This document shows, piece by piece, positions 1-10,259 of a stretch of 64,000 nucleotides of DNA (the first letter of the stretch is position 1; every line of letters begins with the position of its first letter). The position numbers were made by a program, and so were the translations under genes. The DNA lies in contig CAZALK010000019.1 of assembly GCA_964486045.1 (NCBI GenBank), positions 28,976-92,975 on the forward strand, given 5' to 3'. This stretch comes from an uncultured archaeon. Lineage in GTDB: Archaea; Asgardarchaeota; Lokiarchaeia; Sigyniarchaeales; SOKP01. The notes beneath the pieces were generated by a model, which was not told where the DNA came from, did no database searches, and saw only the letters and a list, made by a program, of their open reading frames with translations.

Positions 1-1
1 C

Positions 2-727
2 TCAGATAATCCTAATGATTATCTCGCAGGATTTCCATGGCATCCTCATCGGGGAATAGAAACAATAACTTATATGCTTCACGGTAAGGTGGAACATGGT
101 GATAGTTTAGGTAATGGAGGCGTTATTGAAGCAGGTGACGTTCAATGGATGACTGCTGGATCAGGCATAATCCATCAAGAAATGCCTAAAAAAGGGAGAA
201 AAGATACATTACTTTGGGGATTTCAACTCTGGGCAAATCTTCCCACCTCCCATAAAATGATGGATCCAAGATATCGAGATATTAAAAAAACTCAAATCCC
301 AGAGATCTCATTAAATGACAATAATGTAAGAATTAAGATAATATGTGGTGAAGTAAATGGAATTAAAGGGCCGGTACAAGATATAATTACTGATCCGGAG
401 TATATAGAGGTGACGATTGACCCTAATTCAGAATTTATTCATCGTATTAATACTGATTATAACACGTTTGCCTATACAATTGAAGGTGAAGGATACTTCG
501 ATGATAGAAGAGAAGAATTATTTGGGAAGGAAACACTGTTAATATACCAAAAAGGGGATTCTGTAAAAATTTGTACAGATAATGAAAAAGTTAGATTCTT
601 ACTAGTGTCAGGGAAGCCATTAAATGAGCCTGTTGCTTGGCGTGGCCCTATTGTAATGAACACTGAAGAAGAATTAAGGTTTGCCTTCAACGAATATCAA
701 GATGGTACATTTATCAAGCATAAATGA
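2..727 (+). CDS. Pirin family protein (5'-truncated by window edge)
   Basis: Frame is open from position 2: GFPWHPHRGIETITYM..HGDSLGN..GDVQWMTAGSGIIHQEMP..GFQLWANLP, with C-terminal EPVAWRGPIVMNT. Confidence 0.95.
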   Translation, partial: SDNPNDYLAGFPWHPHRGIETITYMLHGKVEHGDSLGNGGVIEAGDVQWMTAGSGIIHQEMPKKGRKDTLLWGFQLWANLPTSHKMMDPRYRDIKKTQIPEISLNDNNVRIKIICGEVNGIKGPVQDIITDPEYIEVTIDPNSEFIHRINTDYNTFAYTIEGEGYFDDRREELFGKETLLIYQKGDSVKICTDNEKVRFLLVSGKPLNEPVAWRGPIVMNTEEELRFAFNEYQDGTFIKHK

Positions 728-825
728 TTAGTCATTATCTCACCTGAGTTCTTGACTATGTAATTGTATAATTTTAAATGATCAGAGTTTTTCCAATTAT
801 TTAAAAACATAAAGATGGCAACCTA

Positions 826-1095
826 ATGGGAGAAGAAGTCTCGTCTGAATTAAAGGAAAAAATTAATAAAAATGTAGAAAAAGTATTTGAGAAGTGGATT
901 GAGAAAGCTTCTAAAGGCGAATCTATAGAAGGATTAATTAAAAGTCTAATGGTTGAAAAAATTATGAATATCCTTGGAGTTGTAATAAAAAGAACTTTAG
1001 TAAAGAAACTAGCTAAAAAAGCAGTAAAAAGGAGAGTAGACAAATTCTGGGATAAAAATAGGGAAATGATTATGACGAAAATTAACCTTCTGTAA
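826..1095 (+). CDS. Small helical hypothetical protein
   Basis: 89-aa Lys/Glu-rich ORF co-oriented with neighbours, followed by a T-tract. Confidence 0.7.
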   Translation: MGEEVSSELKEKINKNVEKVFEKWIEKASKGESIEGLIKSLMVEKIMNILGVVIKRTLVKKLAKKAVKRRVDKFWDKNREMIMTKINLL

Positions 1096-1185
1096 CTATC
1101 TTTTTTTTTCAATTTATTTATTGATCTCATAATCATTTACTAAAATTCAAGTAAAAGACAATATTTTCTATTCTATAGGTGATCA

Positions 1186-2043
1186 ATAATATTTCAAAAT
1201 GATTTTAAGGTTTTTGATGCGCATCTTCACACATATGGCGTGTTTCTTGAGCATAATGAAGATATTATTCAATACATGGACAGATTTAATGTAGAAAAAG
1301 CTATTATAACAACAATAAATAGATCAAAATACCACATTAAACAAAAAGAAGCAGTTTCTCAAGTAGATAAAGGAAATGAAATTAATATATTTATGGATAG
1401 ATTTAAGGAATTAATGCTTCAAGGTCAACTAGATCATTCTGATGTCAAGATGGTTGCTAAAAAAGCTCCTGAGAGATTTTATAAGTTTTTCTGGTTTAAT
1501 CCGAATATTGATCAAGAAAAAGAAGAAAAAGATTATCAAATTTTAGAAAATCACTTTAAGGAAGGTTTTTGTGGTGTTAAAATTCATTCGGGTTTTCATA
1601 GGATTAACATACCGAAGGATATTGTAAAATTAGTTTCTTTTATGCAAGAATTTGATAAAAACCTAATTTTATACATTCACTCCTTACCAAAAACATCCTT
1701 TTTTAAAGGAGTATCTACGAAAGATATATCTAATTTAGCTAAAAGCTTTCCAAAATTAAGAATTATTGTTGGCCATGCTGCAAATACTATGTCGTATGCT
1801 ATGGAAGTAGGTATGACTTTAAATTATGAAAACATATTTTTTGAAACCTCTTGTTCAGTCTCATTCGGAATTTACAATCTAATAAAAATTATTGGTCATG
1901 AAAAAATTCTCTTTGGTTCTGATTCACCAACAGCTTCTACACTCCCCATTGAAATTGAAAAAATAATGTCATTACCAAGAATTTCAAAAGAAATAAAGCA
2001 AGATATCTTATTTAATAATGTACATCGTCTACTAAATACTTAA
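1186..2043 (+). CDS. Amidohydrolase family (TIM-barrel metal-dependent hydrolase)
   Basis: FDAHLH metal motif is in frame upstream of the GTG at 1240; GVKIH, YIH, IVGH, FETS, ILFGSDSP; start probably ATA at 1186 or 1189. Confidence 0.88.
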   Translation: MIFQNDFKVFDAHLHTYGVFLEHNEDIIQYMDRFNVEKAIITTINRSKYHIKQKEAVSQVDKGNEINIFMDRFKELMLQGQLDHSDVKMVAKKAPERFYKFFWFNPNIDQEKEEKDYQILENHFKEGFCGVKIHSGFHRINIPKDIVKLVSFMQEFDKNLILYIHSLPKTSFFKGVSTKDISNLAKSFPKLRIIVGHAANTMSYAMEVGMTLNYENIFFETSCSVSFGIYNLIKIIGHEKILFGSDSPTASTLPIEIEKIMSLPRISKEIKQDILFNNVHRLLNT

Positions 2044-2319
2044 ATCTAACAGCAGATTTATTAATATCATAGTCATAAATCGAACTCTCGGAATTTTTTT
2101 GACTAATTTCTAATGGTAAAACTCTCAAAACAAATTAATAATCCAGATTTTTCTCAATTGCCAAATATATTAATCAATTAATTTTGTATCAAATTGTTAT
2201 TAAAGTTTGAGATATTCTAATTAAATACTATCATTTATTTCTATTTTAATAATAAATCAATTAAAAGATTAATCCTATTTTTTTATAATTATAAAGAAAA
2301 AATTACTAAGGATGATTAA

Positions 2320-2895
2320 GTGAGTTATTTAAGGGATAATAAAGTCTGGGAGGAAGAAGAAGAATTAAAGTGGGATGTAATAGAAATATCTAAAGTTGAC
2401 GACAAAATTATTAGAACCTTAATCGAAAAAATGTCTTTGGATTCGTCTGATTTATCAGATAGTTTTTTTATCGCTTTTGAAAGTCTTTTGAAAATTGGAA
2501 AGAGAGCTGAGCAAGTGATTGATTCTTACATTAAGGAGACTAATGAGATACATAATTTTAAAGTAGATATTTTTAATTTCTTATTAGATTTCATAAAAAA
2601 TAACACAATTGAATTTATATTAGTACCTCAACTTTATAATCCTGATTTCATAGCTAGAGCTCGAGCAATCTTTAAAATTGAACAAGCAGGTGATCAAAAA
2701 TATTTAAAGTTTATAATGCCATTGCTAAACGATCCTGACGATTCAGTTCGCTGGGCAGTAATAAGATGTTTGGATAGATTAAATATGGTAAAAAATCCGA
2801 TAGTTTGTAAAGAATTATTGATCTTTCAAGAAGTTGAGTTAAATCCATATATAAAAGAAAAATTAAGGGAGATCCTCAAAGTACGAAGGAATTAA
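2320..2895 (+). CDS. HEAT-repeat protein
   Basis: LYNPDFIARARA and LLNDPDDSVRWAVIRCL PBS-lyase/HEAT-like repeats. Confidence 0.8.
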   Translation: MSYLRDNKVWEEEEELKWDVIEISKVDDKIIRTLIEKMSLDSSDLSDSFFIAFESLLKIGKRAEQVIDSYIKETNEIHNFKVDIFNFLLDFIKNNTIEFILVPQLYNPDFIARARAIFKIEQAGDQKYLKFIMPLLNDPDDSVRWAVIRCLDRLNMVKNPIVCKELLIFQEVELNPYIKEKLREILKVRRN

Positions 2896-2929
2896 AGTAG
2901 CATCTAACATATACACAAGATTTGTCATA

Positions 2930-3967
2930 TTAATAAGCCAGATCCTTAATGAATTTAATCATATAATTTTTTAGAATTGGTGTTAAGTCATTTTTCCACG
3001 CATGCCCATCTAATCTTCTTGCTTTATTTACTCTGCTAAAGCTAGTCATAATATTAAATAATGTACGTCTTACACTTTCTATTGGATTTACTCGTCTAAA
3101 TTTCTCCGATAAGGCTGAAGTTAAATCTTCTGCAAGATTTTTAACCAACAGTTCTCTAAAATCGTCAAAATTATAAAGTTTTCCAAATTTGAAGTACGAT
3201 GACAAAAATTGGGATACTGCATTCTCAATTTCTTTTTGAGAAATCTCTATTTTTCTAACACAATATGTCTTAATCAGGCGTTCTAATAATAACCCGTTAA
3301 AATTTTCCTCAATTTTTGCCTTTTCAAAACTAGTTTTCTTAAATTTTAATTCTTTTCTCTCTTTTTCTTCCTTTCTTGAAAATAAGACATTTTCATAGTC
3401 TTTTACGATAATAACTGATAACGCGGATCGTAATATTATTACGTTCGTGTTTATTTTTTCTATTCCCTGAAAATGAGTCGGGACATTATGAATATGCTTT
3501 TCTAATATATCTTTTATATTGAGATTCTTTGATTCATAGGGACTAAAAAAAATTTCATATAATGCACTAAAATTATATTCTCGGATATCTTCTCTAAGCG
3601 AATTTCTTATATACTTATCATATTCTAAAAAGAATCGAAAAATACAATCATCAACAGCTAAACTCAAATTGTGGGAAGGATATTGTGCCCGAATAAGGTA
3701 CTTTTTGTATTCTAACCGGATTTTTTGGGCTCTTATCCATTCAAATGCCAGATCTAACTGTTCTTTGCCTTCGGCAATTTTGTCTCTAAAATATAACAGG
3801 GTTTCATAAACTTCATTATAATTAGAACCGATGGATTGGTTTATTAAAAATCTTGCAATAATTTGACTTGGACCTAAATTCTTAAATTGATTCTTAAGTC
3901 TTTCGTAATACCTTAATAGTCTATCCTTTTCTATCTTATACAGTTTCTCAAAATTTGATTCTTCCAT
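2930..3967 (-). CDS. Hypothetical alpha-helical protein
   Basis: 345-aa ORF, 8 bp downstream of 3976..5043, so probably co-transcribed. Confidence 0.8.
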   Translation of the reverse strand: MEESNFEKLYKIEKDRLLRYYERLKNQFKNLGPSQIIARFLINQSIGSNYNEVYETLLYFRDKIAEGKEQLDLAFEWIRAQKIRLEYKKYLIRAQYPSHNLSLAVDDCIFRFFLEYDKYIRNSLREDIREYNFSALYEIFFSPYESKNLNIKDILEKHIHNVPTHFQGIEKINTNVIILRSALSVIIVKDYENVLFSRKEEKERKELKFKKTSFEKAKIEENFNGLLLERLIKTYCVRKIEISQKEIENAVSQFLSSYFKFGKLYNFDDFRELLVKNLAEDLTSALSEKFRRVNPIESVRRTLFNIMTSFSRVNKARRLDGHAWKNDLTPILKNYMIKFIKDLAY

Positions 3968-3975
3968 TCTAACTG

Positions 3976-5043
3976 TTAAACCTCAAGTTCAGAATCATCT
4001 TTGTTATCATGAACATCCGCTATTTGATTAAGTTCTTCATTCGAAATGGTACCCCATATCACATCTTCAAATTCTGGATTTATAGATTTGATAACTTTTC
4101 TGAGATTTTTCTTTCTATCCAAAATAGTTCTTAATATTTTTCTATAGTAAGACATGTTATGGTTTTCTTCGGTATCCTGACTTTGTTGGACTAATATAAC
4201 GCCGTAACTTTTAGAAATACTGTTTTCTATGACAAATTCTTCAAAATACACAACTTTTTTATTTTCATGACTGAGTTTGATCAATCTAATATTCGGATAT
4301 ACTCCTTTTTTATTATAAAGATCCAATGTATCACTTATCAGATGCTCATAATAATCCGGTAAAATTGACATAACATAAAACGATGGAATAAGATCTAAAT
4401 ATTTTTTTCTGAGTGGGTCATTTTTATCAAACGTAAAGAGATTTGAAACTCTTAAATCTTCAGAATTTTTCCTTTCTATTACTCCTACGCAATAATATTG
4501 TTGTCGTTCTTCCCAATAGACTTTCCTGGAAGCTCCAAGAGAATACTCTATAAGATTCATTCCTCGATATAATTCATGATGAAGAAATCGGTCTAAATTG
4601 AATCGAGAACCTAACAAATTTTCGTTTACGATTTTACCTTGGAGAATACTAGGATGGATATATTTTGAAATTTCATCATGTATCAGCTTAATATCTTCAG
4701 TAAAAGGAGTGCTTATTAATGTGAAAAGGTTTGTACTCCCGTCTAATGTTCTCATTGAAGAATTAAGAGCAAAAAAAGACTGAATAACAGATGCATCGTA
4801 AACTTCAACATCTGATAATGATAATGAAGACTCGATAAATTCAATTATCCAATTATTTCCTATACCACTAGCCGCTGTTAAGAATACAGGCCCTAGAAAT
4901 TTAAATGAAAGCATTTTCAATTCATTTTTTTTCTCTTCACTAAAATTTTCAGAGCTTTTAATATTTTCAAATACTAAATTATCCTCATCAGCGAAGAAGA
5001 GTCCTAAAATAATTTCTTCGTTCTGCATTATCCTTATTCTCAC
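3976..5043 (-). CDS. Hypothetical protein, possibly two longin/uDENN-like domains
   Basis: 355-aa ORF; two segments with a beta-beta-alpha-beta-beta-beta-alpha hydrophobicity pattern (fold call is inference). Confidence 0.6.
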   Translation of the reverse strand: MRIRIMQNEEIILGLFFADEDNLVFENIKSSENFSEEKKNELKMLSFKFLGPVFLTAASGIGNNWIIEFIESSLSLSDVEVYDASVIQSFFALNSSMRTLDGSTNLFTLISTPFTEDIKLIHDEISKYIHPSILQGKIVNENLLGSRFNLDRFLHHELYRGMNLIEYSLGASRKVYWEERQQYYCVGVIERKNSEDLRVSNLFTFDKNDPLRKKYLDLIPSFYVMSILPDYYEHLISDTLDLYNKKGVYPNIRLIKLSHENKKVVYFEEFVIENSISKSYGVILVQQSQDTEENHNMSYYRKILRTILDRKKNLRKVIKSINPEFEDVIWGTISNEELNQIADVHDNKDDSELEV

Positions 5044-5376
5044 AGAAAAGGTTTAATATAAATCCTATTATAAGATAATTCCCATAGTTTTAAGTTTAAG
5101 TTTTTCAAAAAAGATTCTGGATTCCCCTTTTGACTTCAAAAGAAATCGTTTTAGAAAGAAAAAATCTGAAACTAAATTTTCAAATTTTGTGGTAAAATTC
5201 AAAATTCTCAATATTTCCATATATTATGTATGTGTTGATGGTTAAACAAAAAAATTTCAGATTATATTTATAAGAATTTGTTTCCATTAAGATAATAATT
5301 GAGTGGTATAATAATTTAAAAATATATTAACTCACAAAATAATTAATATATCTAATGAAATTTAGGATTTGTAAAA

Positions 5377-5907
5377 ATGTCTCATTACGATTTCACCTTT
5401 AAGATTCTTCTTTTAGGGGATGCATCGGTTGGTAAAACTTCGTTTACCAAACGCTATTGTTACAACATTTTCAACCCAAGTGAGAGATTGACTATAGGTG
5501 TTGACTTTCATGTTAAAACTATTGAACTGAATGATAAAAAAATAAAACTTCAAATATGGGATGTTGGGGGAGAGGAAAGATTTAGATTCCTTTTACCAAC
5601 ATACTGTTTAGGTGCAAATGCCGCATTTCTATTATATGATATAACACGACCATCTACCTTGGATAATATCTCAGAATGGATGACAATAGTTAGACAAAAA
5701 GGTGGACCTATCCCCATTATGCTCGTTGGTTCTAAAATAGATCTTTCAAAGATTTCTAGACAAGTTCCAAGAGATTATGGGATTCAAATTGCCGAAAAAA
5801 ATAAAATGGCTAGCTTTGTTGAAATTTCAGCTAAGGATAATGTTAATGTTGATGATGCTTTCAACGTACTTACAGAACTGACATTAGAGGGAACTAATAA
5901 TAGGTGA
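5377..5907 (+). CDS. Rab-like small GTPase (Asgard eukaryotic signature protein)
   Basis: G1 GDASVGKTS, TIGVDF, KIKLQIWDVGGEERFR, G4 SKID, G5 EISAK; no C-terminal Cys prenylation tail. Confidence 0.95.
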   Translation: MSHYDFTFKILLLGDASVGKTSFTKRYCYNIFNPSERLTIGVDFHVKTIELNDKKIKLQIWDVGGEERFRFLLPTYCLGANAAFLLYDITRPSTLDNISEWMTIVRQKGGPIPIMLVGSKIDLSKISRQVPRDYGIQIAEKNKMASFVEISAKDNVNVDDAFNVLTELTLEGTNNR

Positions 5908-5911
5908 TGTA

Positions 5912-6874
5912 ATGGAAGCGGGTTTATATTTGTCACTTAGTCAGTTGTTTGATTCCATCGGTATTATCGAAAAAGGGATAGAAAGAATTTACCATTATCT
6001 CTTAGATAATAAAAGAATTGATAATCTCAAGGAAGTGTGCAATCAGTTTAATCTCTCTTTAAAAAGAGGATATAAGATCTGTTCAGTACTCAGTGATTTA
6101 AATCTTGTCCAAATTTATGACAGACCAATGAAGATTCATTTAGCGACTCCTACATTAGAATTATGGCAAAATTTAATTCATCAACGAGTTGAAAATCTAC
6201 AAAATCAATTTCAAGAGAAGAGAGATAAATGTGAAGTTGCTCTTAAATCGTTTATTAATAAATACAAATTAGAAGAACAAGCTCCCCAAGAACCAGTTGA
6301 GTTTATTAAGTATGATCTACGGAATCTTGATGAATCTTATCATGCGCTTTTAGCTCAAAAAGAATGTAAAATCGCTATTGGCATAAAATATAATAATCCA
6401 TTAATAGATTACATCCATGAAGATTGGCGTAAAACGATATCCGAGGATGTTCAAGATTCTGTTGGACTTGGGATGAACAGGATCAAAGAAAATATAGCGA
6501 AGATAAATATCAAGGTTATCTTTAATTCTGAAGTGATTAAAGAATTATTATCAAGTAAAGAATTTGCTCTCCTTATTGAGCATGTTGAACCCTTTAGTAT
6601 GCAATTCAAGAGTATTTCTATTCATGTTACTGACGAGGATTTTAGTAATTTTAGTCTCACTGATGAGGAGATTATACAGCCAAGTTTCGATCCAACTAAC
6701 ATTTTAATCGGGATTTATGTCTCTAGAAATAAAAATATATATCAAATTTTCAATGATAAATTTGAAGAGATATACGATAAGGGAATCCCTTTAAATCAAT
6801 TTTTAACTCAAAATGAAGATATAACAACCAATTCTCTTAATGAAACACAAGCTTTTGTACTGTGCGTGATGTGA
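5912..6874 (+). CDS. TrmB-like transcriptional regulator (wHTH, coiled coil, effector domain)
   Basis: IERIYHYLL..LKEVCNQFNLSLKRGYKICSVLSDLNLV resembles the TrmB HTH; coiled coil follows; 4 bp after the GTPase. Confidence 0.6.
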   Translation: MEAGLYLSLSQLFDSIGIIEKGIERIYHYLLDNKRIDNLKEVCNQFNLSLKRGYKICSVLSDLNLVQIYDRPMKIHLATPTLELWQNLIHQRVENLQNQFQEKRDKCEVALKSFINKYKLEEQAPQEPVEFIKYDLRNLDESYHALLAQKECKIAIGIKYNNPLIDYIHEDWRKTISEDVQDSVGLGMNRIKENIAKINIKVIFNSEVIKELLSSKEFALLIEHVEPFSMQFKSISIHVTDEDFSNFSLTDEEIIQPSFDPTNILIGIYVSRNKNIYQIFNDKFEEIYDKGIPLNQFLTQNEDITTNSLNETQAFVLCVM

Positions 6875-6907
6875 TTTTACCCGATATTGATAAAAAAGAG
6901 TCAAAAA

Positions 6908-8464
6908 TTATTGCTCTCTTTTTTGTTTTGCTATTAAAGCTTTTCTAAACTTTTCAAGCATTGCTCTTGGTGTAACTGTGTAATCTTCTTGTCGTTCAAA
7001 TCTTTTTAAGTTTTTCTTAATTCCAAACAAGTATTTCGCAATATCTTTAAGCTTCTCTAGTGGATATCTTCCCATCATAGTAATAGTCTCCATTTGGGGT
7101 GACCCTCCTCCATGAAGCCCAGCAACTTGCAAAAGGCCTGCAATATCAGAACATCCAATGCATTCAATTCCTTTAAAGCATTTTAAAACATTTTCAGGAC
7201 TTACTCTTGGATTTCTCTGCATATATTTCATCGCTAATGGACCTACTTCTTTATCATAGAATGTATCAAGGTATGGCAATGTTGCCATTAATCCACCTGC
7301 TAAATCCGCCAATATTTTATATTCTTCGTATATTCGCTCCCCTGCAAGTTTACGTCCTGCATTCGTAAGTATCTCATCTGGAACTTGAGTACCAGATGGA
7401 GCTTTTTCAGAATGAAGAGCACTTGATTCACCAGCAGCAAAAACTAACTCTGCGGTCCCTAAAATATGGGAAATCTTATCTTTTACATGGGAAGTGCTTT
7501 GAATTCCATTATATTCTGCAACCAGAGCAGAAGCACTGGCTAACACTTCTGACATTGCTGCTTTACAACCAGTATAAGAATGACGATGATAATGTGCAAA
7601 CATTAAAGCTAAAAATCCCGCATAAGGTGTTTGTTTATGATCTGCATGACCGTTTAAGAAAATTCTCTCTTTTGGGATAAAAACATCATCAAATATTATA
7701 AAAGTCTCACAGTCTCCTAAAGCTAAAGCTGCAGATTTCATATGCTCTGGAACATTTTTAGGTTGATGGAAATATGCGGGTCTTACCAGTAGTTTTACCC
7801 CCTCCCAATCAGCGGGAATGGCAAACGCAACTGCATAATCATGATCCTCTGGCATCATCATTCTACAGGGAACCACAATAATCTCATGCACATAGGGTGT
7901 ATTGGTGATACAACATTTTGCACCTCGAACTACAATTCCATCCTCTCTCGTTTCCACAATCCGTAAATATGCATCTGGATTTTCTTGTTGAGAGGGACGT
8001 TTTAGACGATCACCTTTCACATCAGTTGACGCGCAAGAACCTGCTAAATCATTTTCTTGAAAATATTTTAAGAAATTATTGAAATTTTCATAATATTTGG
8101 TGCCTAATGATTGATCACATTCATAAGTAATGACAGAAAGAGCATTAAGGGCATCTATTCCCATGCATCTTTGAATACAACCTGAAACTCTATGGCATAA
8201 AACTCTCGTCATTCTTTGCTTTTTAAACAAATCTTCTTTATTCTGATGGATGTGGCAAAATCTATTTATCTTTTCTCCAGTTAAGTGTGAGGTTGCCGTA
8301 CATAGATCTTCAAATTTTTTATCGTGAGCAAGGTTATATGTCTCGCGCAAGATATTAATCCCACCTCTTATTCGAGGATCATCTCGACCAACCAGTTCGT
8401 CTGCTATCCATATGTTCTTTTTCATCGAGTAGAGTGACTCAAGATATTCTTCAAAAGTTTTCAT
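6908..8464 (-). CDS. abfD: 4-hydroxybutyryl-CoA dehydratase / HpaB family
   Basis: CIQRCMG and HRHSYTGC ([4Fe-4S] ligands), TDVKGDR, DGIVVRGAK, HGGGSP. Confidence 0.85.
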   Translation of the reverse strand: MKTFEEYLESLYSMKKNIWIADELVGRDDPRIRGGINILRETYNLAHDKKFEDLCTATSHLTGEKINRFCHIHQNKEDLFKKQRMTRVLCHRVSGCIQRCMGIDALNALSVITYECDQSLGTKYYENFNNFLKYFQENDLAGSCASTDVKGDRLKRPSQQENPDAYLRIVETREDGIVVRGAKCCITNTPYVHEIIVVPCRMMMPEDHDYAVAFAIPADWEGVKLLVRPAYFHQPKNVPEHMKSAALALGDCETFIIFDDVFIPKERIFLNGHADHKQTPYAGFLALMFAHYHRHSYTGCKAAMSEVLASASALVAEYNGIQSTSHVKDKISHILGTAELVFAAGESSALHSEKAPSGTQVPDEILTNAGRKLAGERIYEEYKILADLAGGLMATLPYLDTFYDKEVGPLAMKYMQRNPRVSPENVLKCFKGIECIGCSDIAGLLQVAGLHGGGSPQMETITMMGRYPLEKLKDIAKYLFGIKKNLKRFERQEDYTVTPRAMLEKFRKALIAKQKREQ

Positions 8465-8817
8465 AATTAGAATAATATCTTACATTAAAAAAAATTAATT
8501 AACTGAGTTTTAAGAGTTTTCAAATTTTTTTATTATTTTTAGTAACATCAAAAAGAGATTTAACTTCTACAAACCTGGAAAAGAATATTTTGTAAGATAA
8601 TTAAATTAATTCATATATTCATTTTTATGACGAATAGTACTATTTTTATTAAACGATTTTTAAATAAAATTTATTTAACTGAAAAAGATTCATTGATTGC
8701 TAAAGTTCTGTTTATTTTATAAGTATAAATCTAAAAAACTGTAAAACTTTTTCAAAAAGCTTTTTAATGTACAATCGATAGCATTATTAATATCTTAAAA
8801 ATATGGAATTTTGAATA

Positions 8818-10146
8818 ATGGATAACCGTATATATCTTTTGGATGTAACTAATAGAGATGGAGTTCAAACAAGCCGTTTAGGTTTAGCTAAATTAGAAAA
8901 AACTGTTTTAAACATTTTATTAAATAGGATGGGAATATTTCAATCCGAGATCGGCTTTCCAACAACACTTCACGAAACTAATTATATTAATGCCAATTTA
9001 GAGCTTGCTAAAATAGGAGTACTTCACCCAATGAAACTGTCAGGATGGATGCGAGCGATTGAGTCAGACGTGGAAAAAGCTATGGAACTCACACAGTTGG
9101 AACATATCAATTTATCAATCTCTACATCCAATCAGATGATAAACGGTAAATTCAAGGGGAAATATGATGGTAATGACATCATCAGAATGATGGTGGAAGC
9201 TGTAAAAAGAGCAAATGATTTAGGGATAAAAACAATTGGTGTAAATGCGGAAGACGCTAGCAGAACTTCACTGGAGTTTTTAATCAAATTTTCATTAGCC
9301 GCAAAAAAAGCAGGAGCTCATCAAATCCGATATTGTGATACATTAGGGTATGAAACTCCCTTCCGAATTCATTTCCGTATGAAAGATCTTACAAAAGCTG
9401 TAGATTTACCAATGGAATTACATTGTCATAATGATTTAGGTATGGCTGTTGCGAACTCAATTATGGGTGCTAAAGGTGTTCTTGAAGAAGGTCAAGATGC
9501 ATTGATAAACACTACAGTTAATAGTATGGGTGAAAGAGCGGGTAATGCTGACTTAGCCTCTACAGCGTTAGCTTTAAAGCACGGCGCTGAAATTGAAGAA
9601 TTGGGGATGGTAGATCCACGAATAGATTTATCAAAGGCATGGAAGATTGCAAATTATGCATCCCATGCATTTGGAGTTCCTATTCCAGTTAATCAACCGG
9701 GTGTAGGAGATAATGCTTTTGCTCATGAATCGGGAATTCATGCTGATGGTGCTCTTAAAGATCACAAAAATTATGAATTATATGACTACGATGAATTAGG
9801 AAGAGGAGAAACGATAATGATTGAAACTGGGAGAAAAATAACTACAGGAGAATATTCCGGGATTTCTGCTTTTATGCACAGTTATAATCATTTTAATATA
9901 CAATTTAAAGACGATGAGGAGGCGAGACAGATTTTAGAACTTGTGAGATATGCTAATGTACATAAACAACGACCCTTGGTAAAGGAAGAGTTTATCTTTA
10001 TCGCAGAATATCCGAAGATTGCAAAACAAATATTAACTATGGCCCCCCCAGATATCTCAATAGATCGACCTCATTATGAGATTGCTAAAAAAAGGTTAGA
10101 AAAAAGAACTGAGGAAAAAAAGTTAAATGTTGTAGTTAGGGATTAA
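8818..10146 (+). CDS. Homocitrate / Re-citrate synthase-like DRE-TIM metallolyase
   Basis: DVTNRDGVQ, NAEDASR, CDTLG, HCHNDLGMAVAN, GERAGNA, HESGIH; no LeuA regulatory domain. Confidence 0.88.
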   Translation: MDNRIYLLDVTNRDGVQTSRLGLAKLEKTVLNILLNRMGIFQSEIGFPTTLHETNYINANLELAKIGVLHPMKLSGWMRAIESDVEKAMELTQLEHINLSISTSNQMINGKFKGKYDGNDIIRMMVEAVKRANDLGIKTIGVNAEDASRTSLEFLIKFSLAAKKAGAHQIRYCDTLGYETPFRIHFRMKDLTKAVDLPMELHCHNDLGMAVANSIMGAKGVLEEGQDALINTTVNSMGERAGNADLASTALALKHGAEIEELGMVDPRIDLSKAWKIANYASHAFGVPIPVNQPGVGDNAFAHESGIHADGALKDHKNYELYDYDELGRGETIMIETGRKITTGEYSGISAFMHSYNHFNIQFKDDEEARQILELVRYANVHKQRPLVKEEFIFIAEYPKIAKQILTMAPPDISIDRPHYEIAKKRLEKRTEEKKLNVVVRD

Positions 10147-10259
10147 TCAAGCAAATATTTCCCAAAATGTTCCTCTAAAGTTCGTTTCTTATTATTTATT
10201 TTTTTAAAATTTAAAAGAAAAAAATTTGGTAAATATTAAAATTCAAGATTACACCCGAT

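Noticed and set aside
3439-3450. TTACGTTCGT partial match to the operator motif
   Set aside because: Inside a CDS and lacking the right arm; likely chance
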